Positions 26,789-42,299 of a stretch of DNA of 64,000 nucleotides are shown here, piece by piece; position 1 is the first letter of the stretch, and every line of letters begins with the position of its first letter. Below the pieces are notes generated by a model, which was given only the letters and a program-made list of their open reading frames with translations, was not told where the DNA came from and searched no databases. The stretch lies in NCBI GenBank assembly GCA_964188305.1, contig OZ076885.1. One strand, written 5' to 3'. This DNA comes from Podarcis bocagei (lineage: Eukaryota). The translations under genes and the position numbers were made by a program.

Positions 26789-27450
26789 CTAAACAAAGAC
26801 AAAAAGAATCTTAGGCAAGTTAATGGAGAGGGGGGCAGGAATAATAGGATACTGTAATATGTATTGTCCTCTGTCCAGGAGGACCAGGCTGCCATGGATT
26901 TTAAGGCATGTATTTTCAATTGATTCCTCACCTTCCAGTATCTCAATGCTTGACAAGCAGTACAGTATAGATTTGGTAGGACACTGCTGTGTTTCTGGAC
27001 AGAACATATTTCTTAAGCAATATTTTATCCAGGGAGTCAGAATTAAAGGCCATCATGGACAGGATCCAGCAACATTAAACACATTCAAATTGCAATTACA
27101 TCTTAGTAGTGCTGCATACTATAACTTGGTGCTCCTGATGCTCAAGGAGATGGCAGAGGAAGGGGAAAGGAACAATGTCAAAGTAGTTTGTCAATTACTT
27201 GAGCTTAATTATAACTAGCATGTTGGCTTACAAAGCTGTATATGGCCAAATTTATTTTCACCAGGAGGCAAGAAAAAGAACATGACTGAATTGGGACTGA
27301 CTGGATGTCATTCTAATATTCCACCTCCTTCTAAGAAAACCTATATTCATGGGACTTCAGAAATACTAGTACGTTCAAGATGCAGTTACTAATGGACAAC
27401 ATTAACAACTTTGCTTTTAACCACCTAAATTATCAGGAAATGCAACTTAC

Positions 27451-27617
27451 CCTTACCCTGATGACATTAATTTCTACAAGAAGCAACATTCCATAAAGAA
27501 CTACTAAGAATCCTGTGAGGCAGAATCGAAGCTGGAGAGGTCCAATATTATTATCACAAAACTTTACAAATTTGATGGTTTTGGTTATAAAAGCTAAAGT
27601 CCAGTAGACTAGCAAGG
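27451..27617 (-). CDS. ABCC8: ABCC8 exon 4 (167 nt)
   Basis: [19 protein letters not shown]...VEINVIRVR; cag/GTAAGT. Confidence 0.97.
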
Positions 27618-27903
27618 CTGTTGAAAGAAGAATAATGCAATGGTCAGTACAGCACTACAAAGTTAAAGAAGGCAAATAAAATTACAAAATTGTTCAAGGG
27701 ATCTGTCCTGAATATGTAAGTGTTTAGCAAATTAGATTTCTATAATGTTGGAAATTCTGAAGTTTTGACTAAGCTTACAACCACAAAGATAAGTAATCAA
27801 TATAAGCATTCTCAGGCATGGCTACAATAACTGTCTCTGGCATTGATTTGTACCTGCTTTGTACAGTTTCAGTTGAGTATGCCGAATGTACTTGGTGAAA
27901 CTT

Positions 27904-27909
<6 letters not shown>

Positions 27910-27954
<45 letters not shown>

Positions 27955-27970
27955 ATATGTGTGTGTGTGT
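27910..27970. repeat. (AT)n plus (GT)n microsatellite
   Basis: Seen directly. Confidence 0.95.
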
Positions 27971-29159
27971 TTGAGAGAAAGAAATTCTGACTAACTCCTA
28001 CACAAGCTTCCCTGTAAATATTCCCTTGTAAATATTCTCATTCTCTTTCCAAGCCCCATTAACAAGAACATGTTTTTAAATAGCTCCCGGTGACTTCTGC
28101 CTCACACAGCCAAGCCTTCATGTGCTGTACTGTAATTTGCCCTGTAGAGCAGGGAATTTTTGCAATAGCACCAGAACCTGAAAAGAAAAGGTTTAGTGGG
28201 TGTATTGAAAGGCTTGCCACATGGAGGCAATCACCTTGGGGAGGAATGACAAGTGAGTTTGATGTATCAGTCTTCAGTATATTCACTGTAAAATAATTAA
28301 TCAGCAGTCTTATTTAACATCCTTGTGACTGCTACACACGCCCAAGCACAGGCTGTTCTGCTGTTCACAGGAACTACAGGCAGCTAGTAGTTTGCTGTAT
28401 GTGCCAATCAGATCTAAAAACCCAAGCCTTTGGCAGAATTAGAATTGCGAGTTCAAGCTCTTCATTTGAGTGTGGGGCGGACAGAGCCAGGCAAAAAACC
28501 CTACATGAAGCAGTGCTAGTGGGGAACAGTGGACTATGGAGAGAGAGAGCGATCTGGGGAGAGTTATAGGAGCCAGAAAGAAAGACCTGGAGGGCTTTAT
28601 TTCACTGCAGAGCTGAAGTTCTTCACCATATTCTTAGATATCAATGCTATAGAAGAACAAAGTGATCTATCTTTTATTTAGATATTATAACTTCAACGTT
28701 CCAAAGAAAGCACAGCTTCTTGTTCAGCAGATAAGACTAAGTATTGAGTTGTTCAAATAGTTAAATAAATACACATAGGAAGTGCTGGTTTTCTGACATT
28801 CAGTCTCATGAGATTAGACAGGAAAAAATGGTCATTTTCCATTTTCTCAGAGAAACATATGGGCCAAACAACTGTGGAACCATTCACATATGACACAAAT
28901 TTCCTGTCAAGGGATGAAATGACTCCCATAACTATTCCCAAGGAAGCTACATGCATCAACAGTACAAACAAAGACACTATTTGCCAACAATTCCAGGAAC
29001 ATCAATTCTGTGGAGCTATTTTTAAAAAATTCAATTTATGATTGTCAAGAAAAATATCAAAGCAGTATGTGTATGGTGATAATAGCCATGTGGCCTTAAA
29101 GCACTGGTGTTTACAACAAATAGATATTCTGGAATATGAGGTGGGACATAATTCTTAAC

Positions 29160-29281
29160 CATGGGCACAGCCAAAGGGGAGGGGGCAGGGAGGGACAGTT
29201 GCCCCCTCCCAAATCAAGTAAATCAATGAAAATACTAACTGAGGTTCTGCCCCCCTAACATAAATCCTGGCTATGTCCATG
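29160..29281. mobile_element. hAT-like MITE
   Basis: TIRs catgggcacagcca/tggctatgtccatg; imperfect TSD ttcttaac/ttcttatt. Confidence 0.65.
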
Positions 29282-29510
29282 TTCTTATTAAATAATAAAT
29301 GGGGGAGGGGGAGTTCATTTCATCAAAAATACCAATACTTGAAATCAGCTATGTTAGTGGGAAACAGAGGAGAATAGTACCAGTAAGCTTTAGTTAGACA
29401 ATAAAATTTCAGTTTGGGGGGCACTGAAGTGAACCTTCAGCAAGACCTAACAGACTTTCTCCTCATAACATATTCACAATTTCATATTTTTCTGTATTGT
29501 GGGTACATAC

Positions 29511-29632
29511 CTATTAATAACTTTGGAAAATTTGATGTTTCAATGTTGTGATAGTAAACAATTGATGTGATGGCTGCTAAGAACGCCATTCCAGGTGGCA
29601 TGTACAGGTGCAAATGACGAGATTCTGAATCC
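29511..29632 (-). CDS. ABCC8: ABCC8 exon 3 (122 nt)
   Basis: [40 protein letters not shown]; tag/GTATGT. Confidence 0.96.
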
Positions 29633-32254
29633 CTAAGTATAACAAAACACATTAATCAGAAGTACCCTGATGGAGAGTACCATGTTTGCTCTGAAGCCTA
29701 CATGAAGACCCAAAGTTATTTGAACAGAGATTATGATAACACACAAAGGAATGCATGTACGGTTCAGTCACTCCACGTGGTATATGTGTGTGTGTGTGTA
29801 CGTGTGCAAATACACACATAAAGAGTTCCCACTCCTAAGATACAAGGCTGAAGCCCAGTGAGTGGTTCCCCCCCCCAAAAAAAAATACATGCAACAATGT
29901 TAGCTTTCCCATCTTTCTTTTTTAATCAACATGGAATTTATTATGTTCATGATTCATATGAGGACAGAGAAGAAAGGAAAATTTCCACGCATCACTTTAA
30001 TTTTCAGTTAGGGTTCAGCCACACTTGCCCTTGTCCTGCCACTTTCCCCTGGGAAACCTGATCTTTACTGCTTCATCAGAGCAAACATCAATCCGATTTT
30101 CTCTGGATTGACGTTTGCTCCTTTTTCTTTTTTTGCTAAAGAGTGGGTTCTCTTGAGGAAAACATTAGGGGAAAGGGCAAAAGCCCTCAGACATGTGTCT
30201 AGAAAGCACAGGATAGCAAAAAAACACTTGGATCCATGCTGGATGAGCCCCAAACTGAATGGCAGCACATTCCTATACATGTCTCCTCAGAAGTAAGTCC
30301 CATTGAGGGAATGGGTATATCATTGCAGCCTTAATGAATGAATTACTGACCAAAAAGTAAATCAGTGCACATGAAGATTTTATTTCCGTTCATAGTAAAT
30401 TTGTTTAAATGAGAATATGATTGCACTTAGAACAGAAATAGTTTTATAGCTTTATTTGAAATATGTTATACAACAACACTGATTTAAGCGGCTTCCCACC
30501 TCTTTCTCTCCCTCCCCTTGACACACATAAGCAAACATAAACAAACAAACAAACAAACAAACAAACACAATCATAAAATAATTCAAATGTGTCATAAGCA
30601 CTCTGTGCAGAAAGCTCCATTTTCAATTTGATTATCCAGCTGGGCAGAAAATTGTATTAAACAAGATACAATTGTCATAAAGTCAGATTGTGTAGACCTT
30701 TGATTATGTAGCAACTGTCTTGCTAGATCAGATCAAGGGTCTGTGTAGTCCAGTATTAATTAATAAAAATTTAAAATGGTGGACCAAATGCGTTTGGGGA
30801 TTCTCAGAAATACCACGAGCTTTTCTGATGTCAGTACTCCCCAGAGCAGTGTCAGCTTGGCACAATGTATTCTTAAATTGAAAGGGGGGGGGTCTGACAA
30901 AGGTACAAGCCCAGGTACAGTGAGGAAGCCAGCTTTTCACTAGAATTGAATAGAAAGGCTATAAAATTCTATGCAGTGGGTTCATAGTGCATAAAAGAAT
31001 AGACAAGTTTTAAAGGCAGAAACACTATCTTTCATTTAAGCAGATATATGTAGATGAGAAAGGTTTTCCCAAGGATTTGCATTGATTTCTTCAATCTCTG
31101 TTCTAAACCTGCCACCATTTAAACTCCCTTATATTGACTGTAAACACCACCAGAGGCCCAAAAGAGCCCAGAGGAATATTGAAAATTTAACAGTTTGACT
31201 GCTAAAGCTGTGAATATACTATGCAGAAATTTGTCAGGAAGATATGAGCAACAGAAATTTTTATTATGTGATGTTATCTCAAGGACGGCTGGGTGCCAAA
31301 GCCTAACATAACCTTCTGCTGCCAAGCAGACTGTTAAAAAGATAAACTGTTTGGGCTTCAAGAAGCTGTTGTAATACCCTTTTAAATCCACTGAGTTACT
31401 TTCTGTACTGCTGATTGCTCTTCAGATGCAAGTATGTGCTAGCATTTCTTAAGTACAGGACAAGAACTTCGGATAAAAACAGACACTGGCTCTGATACGA
31501 ACTTTATTTCTGTGAATGGATCCAACTTAACAGTCATCTAATGGAGCTTCTCCCCCTTCCCCTTGCAGACCTCTACAGCAGTCTGCAGCCTCTTGCTCCA
31601 GGGAGACCCTTCAAAATGGCATTCCCACAAATGTGAATGGAGGAGCAACTTAGGATCCAAATAAATGTTTGAAATAGCTGCTACTCCAGGTTTGTTTAAG
31701 CAGCAAAACAAAATCAACTGGCATTTCTAGTAATTTTAGCAACATTTCACATAATTTAAAGTATGTCATGATAGTGCTATTGGCTAAAATTATCTGAATC
31801 TCCCAATGCACAACGTATCATGTTGAGTTTTTGTTTTTTTAAGGGGTTTTGATGTAATTTTTATAAGTTTGGGGCTCCCTTTCAGCTGCTCTGCTTGACA
31901 GAACAGTGCAATGAATGCAATGAAGGGTCTCATCTTGTCTCTGACTCTGGATTCCTATGATCTTTTTCATCCATAGAGGATGCAGCAAATTTTCACAAGA
32001 GAGTTGGCAAATGGACAGAATGAACTGGCTAGCTAAAGATAATTTAGAGTGTATGTGTATTTGTACACACACATTCTTGGCGAGGTCTTTGGAATATCTG
32101 ACACAAGTCAGTAGGTTAATCACCTCGAACACAGATTACATTTCTAACAAGCAGAGTTGGCAGTAAACAAACTTGTGTATAGCAAGTTGCGTACAACTGC
32201 ATTAAAAATGGGAAAGTATTGTGAAAATGGAAAAAAATCCAATTATGTACTTAC

Positions 32255-32396
32255 CCATCAGACACTATACCCTCAGCTATTTCACATACCAGCACAAACA
32301 AAAGAATGAAAGTCAAAATCCAGCGTAAATTGTGACCAGGAAAATGAAGCCAAGTACTGTGGTGGATATGAACTTTGGAGCTTTGACTTCCCCATC
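32255..32396 (-). CDS. ABCC8: ABCC8 exon 2 (142 nt)
   Basis: [47 protein letters not shown]; tag/GTAAGT. Confidence 0.97.
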
Positions 32397-33829
32397 CTAA
32401 ATGTAAGAAAGCAAATAATCACAATTATCCTGAGAGTTTTGTGCAGAAAAAAGTGAATAAAAAAATGCATGGCCCTGTCCATTCTGAACTGGAAACAGAA
32501 GTATAGATCTTTTGCTTTTAAACATGAAAGGGAAACAAAGTTAGAAACAAAACATTTGATTAAAACATCATAACTGCATTAAGGGTCTAAAATAAGATAC
32601 AGATGGGATCGAATATCCTTTATATTTAGACTCTTGTAATCTAGTTAAAAACTAAATCAAAGCAAGAACTCTGAATTTGCTCTATAGTTGGAACATCAAT
32701 GTATATATGATTGAGAAACTGAACACTAGGTGCTAGTTCCACGTAAGTCAATAAGAAGGGGCTTTCCACACTATTAGTGTAAACACACCCCAGATTCATT
32801 CCAGCAATGATTAGCATGTTGGTGTTTAATGCAGTGGACTAGTACCTGGGAGACCCATGTTCAAATCACCATTATGTTTTGAAATTCACTGCCTAACCCC
32901 AGTTTGTGCTTCTGTCTAGGCAGGAAGGGTATTGTCAGAATGGGAAGGAAGTGTGGGGGAACCTCACTGGTACACTACTTACAAATATAACACCCACAAC
33001 AAAAAGTGGAAGGTAGCCTGGGGTTATACATCAAATAAGTTCATATGCTCAAAATGAGTAATCAATCTATACATATTAAAACTTCTTTTAAAAACAAAGG
33101 TTTAGAAAATAGTGGTGAGAGGAAAGAGCTATAGCACTCTTTCTAGCAGGTGGATGTAATACTTGCAGAATCAGAGTCCTCACACCATCACTGAATGGAA
33201 AAAAATTCATATTGTCTGAAGTGCTTTGCATGGTCAGACAATATACTTTTTGAAGTAAAAGACTGATTATATGGAAACACTGGGAATTATCAACAAGCCA
33301 GTCCTTTAGCTTTAAGGTGAATAGACATTGCCAAAGGACATCAACAACGGTGCTGAATTTCTGCATTTCTCTTACACAGCTCTTTCAGTATTCCTCTTGA
33401 AAAAGAAGTCTAGAAAATTTATTTGTTTTTTAAAACAGCATTTGTGCCATTATGTGTCCATGACCTAGAACTCTGATTCTATTGATCTTCGGAAGAAGGC
33501 TGGTATAGAAATTGAATAAATAAATAAAATACAAATACATAAATGAATAAACAAATAATGGTTCACGGGCATGACTGGTAGCATGCCAGTTAAAGTTAGA
33601 CTACAAACTACTGCTGGACCAGTAAAAGAAGTGCACACCTAGTTTTAAATTAGGGAACCGATTTTTTTAAAAAACAACCACCCAAAAGGAGGTCCATTGC
33701 AGCAATGCTTTCTTCTTTCCTCTGTTTGACTAAACCCTAATATGTTTAAATCCTCTCCTTTCCATGACCTTCCTTGACTTCATTCAACCCTTTTTCAAGG
33801 CACACACGATCCATGTTCTGACTTATTCA

Positions 33830-34910
<1,081 letters not shown>

Positions 34911-35034
34911 CTGTTTGCAAACATTTCAGATTCTGCCCCCTCTCCTCTGTCTAAGGATTCCCATCATTCCCTTGTCCAGAGGACGCCTAAAAGCCACCCT
35001 TGCTCTAGAAAACTAGAATGAAAACTAGCAGCTG

Positions 35035-35488
35035 AATTATTTATTTTTACCATTTATTAAAGTTGTACACCGCCCTATACCCGCAGGTCTCAGGGCTGTT
35101 CACAGGATAAAAAAATCACAATATAAAATCACGAAATACATAAAATAAAAACAACAACCCAACAATCCCCTCCCCCCATTTTAAAAGGGCATTGGACGTC
35201 AAAGGTCTGGTGAAAGAGAAATGTTTTTGCCTGGTGCCTAAAGGTGCCTAATGAAGGTGCCAGGCAAATCCCCCTGGTGAGAGCATTCCACAAATGGGGG
35301 GGGGGGGCACTGCAGAAAAGCCCCGTTCTCATGTTGCCACGCTCCAGACTTCTTGTGGAGAGGGCACACAAAGAAGGGCTTCAGAAGATGATCTCAGGGT
35401 AGGTTCATATGGAAAGAGGCAGTCCTTGAGGTATTGAAGTCCTGAGCCATTTATAGGTCAAAGCCAGCACTCTGAATTGGGCCCAGAG
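35035..35488 (-). mobile_element. L2 LINE 3' fragment just upstream of the ABCC8 promoter
   Basis: Minus-strand ORF ...PHLWNALTRGICLAPSLGTFRHQAKTFLF (L2 ORF2 end); (TAA)-rich tail. Confidence 0.8.
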
Positions 35489-35694
35489 CAGAGCTTTCCA
35501 AACTGTGGGTTGTGACACGTTATTGTGTCTGCTGCAGTGTGTAGGTGTGTCATGCGAATGCTCCCCGTGCTCTTCCCGGGGCTGGAAAGCGGTTAGTTTA
35601 ACCTCCGGTTTGCTAGTAAAACTGAATTATTGTGTCGTGAAATGATGCATGTCTAAAAAGTGTGTCACCAACATGAAAAATTTGGAAAGCTCTG
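35489..35694. mobile_element. hAT MITE inserted at the L2 fragment
   Basis: TIRs cagagctttccaaa/tttggaaagctctg; 8-bp TSD gcccagag. Confidence 0.88.
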
Positions 35695-37391
35695 GCCCAG
35701 AGTATTGGAGCTGGAGTATTATGACATACACAGGGCTGATCCAAGACATTTGGGTACCTGAGGCCAATCACAAGATCGCTCTTTCCCTCCCAGCTAGGGA
35801 AGAAGGAGTGAGTGAAGATCTACATCAGGAGCAAGAGGGAAGTAAAGATCTACATCCTGATCTGCTGCACCTCTCAGTCCGGCCCTGGAAACGAACACGG
35901 CTCCCTTGTCCTTTGCTCTGCTAGCCTGCCCTCTGCTCTGTTGCTGTTATTGCTAAATGCCTGATCAGGCCATAAGAAGACCACAACAATCCATTGTTTG
36001 GAAGAATCTTATCTGGCTTGCGTCACTGAAATTTGGGGTGGATGAGCTGGGTTTACCTAGTTACTCAGTTCTGCACCAGCCGGGGCAGTGTGTCCTGTTT
36101 CACTCTGCCCTGCTGCCAAAGCTGCTGCATTTGCTCAGTGGAGTAGCGGCTGCCTTGGCACAAAATTCTGAGAAATTCTGAGCAGGATTTACTTTTTCTT
36201 GGTGCAGAATCTTATTACCCAGGTGCAGAATTTAAAGGTTTTGGCGTGAAGCAACCACAGTCCTTAAGTATGTCATGCTATTTATAGTCCTGGAGTATTT
36301 ATGAGAATAGTCTTCTCTTCTTTCTGCAACTCTGTTCCTACAGTGTTAACAAGCTGCTGTGACAACTATCAAGACTGGAGTTTGTAGGAGGTAGCTGCCA
36401 AATAAGTTATACTTTCAATAATACGAAGACATAAGAAACTTCACAGACTTTATTGGTTTTGTACTTTTAAGAACCTTTCAAAGAGCATGAAATATGAGGA
36501 TCTGATTCTGTTCTATTAAAGTCAAATAAAGCTATCAACAACTTTAGAGGGTTCAGATCAAATGCTGTGGGTGCTGCAAATTCATCTGGTCACATATCTT
36601 GTAAAAATTCAGCACAAAGGTCAGCTCCTTATAAGCAATTTCATTCCCTTCACATCACTCATACCATACCTAGTACAGTCAGTAACCTAATTCAGTTGTG
36701 GATAGAAGGCAGAACAGGAAGAACTCATAGATCTCCGAGTGGTGGTTTGAAGCAATTTGGCAAAGATTCCCGACTCCCAATTGTTTAGCAATGGTTGCAA
36801 CAAAGTAACTCTCTCTACCCCCATATTACAGTGTTGAAATGAAGAAAGGGTTTTTGAAGGGGTGGGGCATAACAAGGAGAAGATTTTTTTTTTTTTAGTG
36901 TGGAAGGATTGTGAGCTCCATTCAGTTCTAGTTGTTGTAAAAACAGGTTCCTGGAGTCATAATTATTTAATTCTGCGGTCTAATTTCAACTAAAGAGTTG
37001 CACTAGTGACAACCATCACAACAATCTTGGTAGAGCGATGAGGCTTCTTGCCCCCACTGCTTCTTCTGCATGCCCCATGCCCCATAGATCAGCTCTGGGG
37101 GTTGGGAGAACCTTCATAATAGCACACAGGGGGAGGGGAGGTCATTCCATCTGGCAAGCAATACAAATTATTGTATTGACCAAATGATCATATTAACACA
37201 ACACTGTACATAAATGTCTTTTGCACTGGATTCCATATTATGGTCTCAGGATTCTGGTAAAAACCAGAGTATATTCCACAAGCTTGGTGTCTGCCAAGCT
37301 CTGACTTACCCTCCCTTATTCCCCTACTTGAGTCATAATTTCGCTGCCGAGCAGTGGCTGGGGCAACCCAATCAGATGAGCAGGGTACAAT

Positions 37392-37412
37392 TACTACTAC
37401 TACTACTACTAC

Positions 37413-37473
<61 letters not shown>
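37392..37473. repeat. (TAC)n(TGT)n compound microsatellite
   Basis: Seen directly. Confidence 0.95.
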
Positions 37474-40400
37474 ATCTCTTTAGAGAAGAACAGGGATCAC
37501 TGATTAGCTAAAGACTGACGTCTCTATTCGAAATTCCCATGAGTAGGATTTGCTCAGGGGATACTCTTGCTAGTGGGGAGGGGGAAGTGATTTCTAGTAA
37601 TCCTTTCTGCCCCCTGCAGGCTCCTATGCCACACGAAAATGTCTCCAGAAGATTGAAAGAATCTTCCAGCATTAGCAAAAATTGCCCCTCCCTTTCCAAC
37701 AACAGAAGCTTCTCCTGGATCAGGGTCCCTTCAATGAATGGATGAATAGCCCAGGATTCAGGTCAGAAAGAGACGTTCATTTTGGCAAAGAATGGGAACA
37801 ATTAATGCATAGAATTTTCTTGCTTTAGGTAAGGGCAATTGTGCTCCAACCTTTTGAACCCAGTAAGCTCTAGCTGGTGGTAGTACATTTTTCTTCTCAG
37901 GCAGCAGAATTGGGTGGCTGTGTTCTCCCTTGTCAGGTATAACATCACATCACAGTCATTTTTAAGGGGGATCTGGCTTCCAGGAAAACTCCACAGAAAG
38001 CAAATGAAGCACAGAATTGTTGTAAGAATACTGTACATCTTCATGAAACTGTGGTATCAAGCAAGTCCATGATGCAGAGAACTTGGATATGTGTTAACAT
38101 AGTATAGCAACAAGAAATTAAATATGTGCAGTTTTCAAACAAGATGGTGCTTTCCAAGCAGTTTTAATGAACAGCTATGTTATTGACAGCTCACACCTCT
38201 AGGACTAGGATGAATGTACTAATTTTACATGTAAATATATATATCACTTGCCTATTTATCCACAGAAAGTAGCCGTTTGTTCACTTTTAACAAGAATATG
38301 CCTAGTACTGTATACACTTGTTTTGGAGTAGCTTTTGCATTTCGTTCAAACGCTATAGTAGTGATAAAAGATTATTACCTATGACAAATACATGATAATC
38401 CAAAATAACAGGTCTTCACTTGATGTCATTTTGACATCAAGTGAAGACCAGAGTGTTGCTTCTTACTATTGCCTTTCATACAACAGCTCCTGAAAAATCA
38501 CTGTAATAGGAGTGCCTTTTGTGGCTGATGAAAATGTTCATAAATTTCATCCTCACTCAGTTCACTCCTGTTTACTGGTAAATGCATTTTTCTGTGTTTT
38601 AATGTAATTGAAATTGAATTCTATTGTAAGATGCATCGAGTGCTTTTTTAAAAATGGCATTTAAGTGGTGTAAATAAGAAATGGGAGCACACATGAAACA
38701 CTTCTCGTTTATTCATTATTCAGATTCTTCAAATGTGTTATAGATAACTAATAGAGGCTTCCCATTTGTACCAAAACCCACCCAAAAGTAGTCTTCTTTC
38801 TAACTTCCATCAGGACAGAGTAATTGCCTTGATCTGGATTCAGATGGTGACACCCAAGGTTGCTTGTTTAGCTGTGCCTAAAAGAAAAAAGCCCATCTGC
38901 GTAATGTTCTTAATCAGTTCCAGAGCTTGGGTTTAACTCCAAGGATAGAACGGAGCTGTTTTGTTTATAAAATTAACAAGGCACTGCACTTATTAAAGAG
39001 TTGGATTTCTGATAACAATGTGATGACACAAGGGTTAGTGGAAATTTACTACAGAACCATGTTTAGAAGCATATATATGAAAAGAGGCCATATCTATTGC
39101 TGAACAAGTTTTGCTTTCATACTGTCTCTGTTCTGCTTCTCATCCACGCTGTCATTATTAGGAGGTGTGAACAAACTCAATCACACTGTGTCCAGATGGA
39201 AAGCAACACATGGAATGATTACTCTCTGACATGTGAGCCAGAAGCATTCCTTGTAGAACTAAGCATTTTGTTGTTGCTTAGAACATTTGTATCTCTGCTT
39301 CTGAGCCAGGTTATGGAAGGGAGAAGTACAGAACTCATGTAAGTCTTGTACAGTCCCCTAAATATGTATGGCTGCCAATATTAATCCCTGTTGCTTTCAG
39401 ATCCAAACAAATATGAGACAGCATACCACTTATTTCCTCAAATGCAGTTCTGACTGTGATCCAGTTCCATAAGATTGTGCACTGGTAGTGACTAACTTTA
39501 TAAACATATGGAAGTTTTACTCTCACTTGGTCCCTAAACAAAAACATGTGTTCCCTAAACTTTAAAGCTGGCGTCTCTTTGCTTTGGTCTCTGAAGAGCT
39601 GGTGTTTAGCCTGAAGTGACTTTTGCCTGCTGCAAGTCTTCAGAGGATAATCTGAAAGGTATAATTTGTTCCATTATCACCCTCTAAGGGAAGGGAAAAT
39701 AGCAAATAGTTGGGTCCTAGAGATCCTCTTTGCCTTTTCTGCTCTTTCAAAAGTCATGTTAGCCAGCACATACATCTGTGTAAAATTGGTGGCATAATTA
39801 TCTTAAAAGTCATTGCACTGAAATGAAGTTTTCTTAAGCAATGAGTGTCTGCTAATCTCACATTCCAGTTAAACAATTTATTCTCTGTTTGGCCCTAGTT
39901 GATCATGTGCTTTATTCCTGGGGAAATGTCTCTGTACTAATTGACAGTTGAAGAATCCTACTTATTTTAAATATGAAAATATTTATATTGTGATGAGGCT
40001 TTTTTTTTTTTAACAAGTTGTTCTGTATAGTTCCTCAACTTAAAATTTTCAATTTGTGGTAGTAGAACATACTATTTTTGCTTTTTTAAAAAAGTGAGGG
40101 AATCAAATAGAAAGTTTTAAAAAGGACCTTCAAAATGGTGGCAAGATGTCTTTTTTAAAAAACTAAACTTTTGTTTTCTTCTTGTCTTATTAAATGTCAT
40201 GTCAATATAAATGCCAGATTGTCCGTTGTACAGTATGTTTACATGGGAAAAAGCTCTTCTTTCCCATTTAAATTTCCTGTTAAGCCGTAAGTAAACAAGA
40301 ACCTATTAAAGTTAGGGGAGGATGAAGAGGTCAGTGATCCCCAGAATGGGAAACAGTAGAGGAAAAGAGGAAAGAGTAGAAGTGGGGAAAAGAAGATTGA

Positions 40401-41238
40401 AGCCAAGCAAAAGTTAACATCTTTCTTTTCGGGACATGTTTGCACACTTTGTGGAGAAGATGATTGTGAGCATTTTAGGAACATGCCCTATGGCTTCTCA
40501 TTGTATTTTGGGGATAAATGCAGCACTTGGAAGCCAGAAGTCCCCTTTTGCTACTGGAAAACCTCTTCTACTCACAGGCTAATGGAAGACTGCTGCATAA
40601 CACCCCAAAGCCAGATAAATTATTTCATAAGATATTATTTCCCACTAGAATTTATACATTGCAGCCTGTATCTTCCTTACTCGCCATTACTTCTCATACT
40701 GTAATGCTGCACTGTGGGAATAATTGAATTTCACAGCACATGAATGGTTTGATACATTAAATATTTACCAATGATGGGACTAAGATTGATCTGGAAAAGC
40801 TCTCTTTCACTCTCGGCTCCCCTTAAAACTGGATACTCTTAACAAAGAACAAACGGCAAGTAAGTGAGAGACGTTTTCTCCAGACAAAAATAATCCTCTC
40901 ATCTTGTATTTGCTGTCATAGGGAACTTGCTTTTGATGCTAAAAGGACCCCACAATCTAGAAGTTAAAAGTACAACAAGTATTTTAGTGAGTCAGACAAT
41001 TGGTGCTTCTAGACTAGATCATCTCTAACACAGGCCTGTCCACATGTAGAGGCTCTGGCAGACATCTTTCCTAGCCATGCCCCAACAGAACTTATTGTGA
41101 ATTTTAATTATGTATTGATTTTATCCTTGTAAACCACTTAGAAGCCATCTTGCCATATACATGATAGATAGATAAGTAAGTAAGTAAGTAAGTAAACAAT
41201 GTTATCTGAGATCCTTCCTAGTAGGGATGCTTGGAACC

Positions 41239-41423
41239 AGGGATGCCAACCTGAATAAAATATTGTGGGGACCCAGGTAAGCCCCACCCCACATAATCAC
41301 ATGATGCAGTGCATATACCCCATCCAAATGGAAATGCCCATCAACTTTGTGGGGGCCTGCCCCCCTCAAATATTTTATCGTGGGGGACGAAGCTCCCAAG
41401 ACCCCTAGGAGTTGGATCCTATG
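41239..41423. mobile_element. Non-autonomous DNA-transposon-like repeat; an opposite-orientation copy lies at ~3489-3664
   Basis: Shared reverse-complement blocks (aaatatttgaggg, gttgatgggca, ggggtggggctt). Confidence 0.6.
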
Positions 41424-41653
41424 CTCAGAACTGAAGCTGGGGCTTCTACATTCAGGGCATGTGCTATACTACCAAGTTATGGATCCCTATCTCCCAACAC
41501 ACCTGGAGTGGGAGTAAATGGTTGTACTGTACCTCCTCAAAGTGTTTTTTTATTATTTTGAAACAAGCCAAGAATTTGGCAGATTTACCAACAACCACAA
41601 GTTATCAGAATCCTGTTAAAAGACACAGTAACTCAGTGTCTGGGAATTACCAT

Positions 41654-41659
41654 TTTATT
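41654..41659 (-). terminator. Candidate USH1C poly(A) signal (AATAAA)
   Basis: AATAAA ~630 nt after the stop with GT/T-rich sequence downstream; another hexamer lies at 41549-41554. Confidence 0.35.
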
Positions 41660-42286
41660 TTCAAAATACACTATTGCATTAAAAGGCAGTTTAGAAATTA
41701 TGCTGTATATTTGGACATCTTGGCACACTGGAACAACAGCAGATGTGAAACATAAAAACAAAAATCATTTTTTGAATATAGAGTAATTAAGAAAATGTAA
41801 ATGCTGTATCTGTAAAGATTCAAAATAGCAATTCAGAACTGCATTAAGCATTGAGTTATTTATATCATCAGTATCCTCGCTGAATTCTCCCCTATCTTCT
41901 GTGCTTTAAGTATTAGTATGTGAGAAAATTACTCATGTATAGGATTGTGCTATTTCTTCCTTTGAGAAAGGATCGAACTCTCCTAAACAATTTCACCTGT
42001 AGTGTACTCAGGACAGTTTCAAAATTGGCCCCTGGCTCTTTTTATCATCTCCAATGAATTATTCAGCTGTTGGCAGTTATAAGCAACCACAAACCATGGT
42101 TTATGAGAGGAAATAAAATGACATGTTGCTCTGAGAGTTCAAACACAAGGCCGTGAATGATTTGCAGAATCTCATGTTCATCTTATTCACACTTCTTGAC
42201 TGATAGAAGTCTGATTTGATAAAAGTAACTTGATACCTATACATTGGTAGATTTCTTCAGAATGCTTATGTTTTGTTTCTCCCATC

Positions 42287-42299
42287 TTAAAAAAATGTC
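42287..42299 (-). CDS. USH1C: USH1C last exon coding part: (M)TFF* PDZ-binding motif
   Basis: ttttttcctcccctattacag|G ACA TTT TTT TAA gives EYDDEMTFF*. Confidence 0.93.

Noticed and set aside
37214-37483. Poly-Leu ORF
   Set aside because: Translation of a (TAC)n(TGT)n microsatellite
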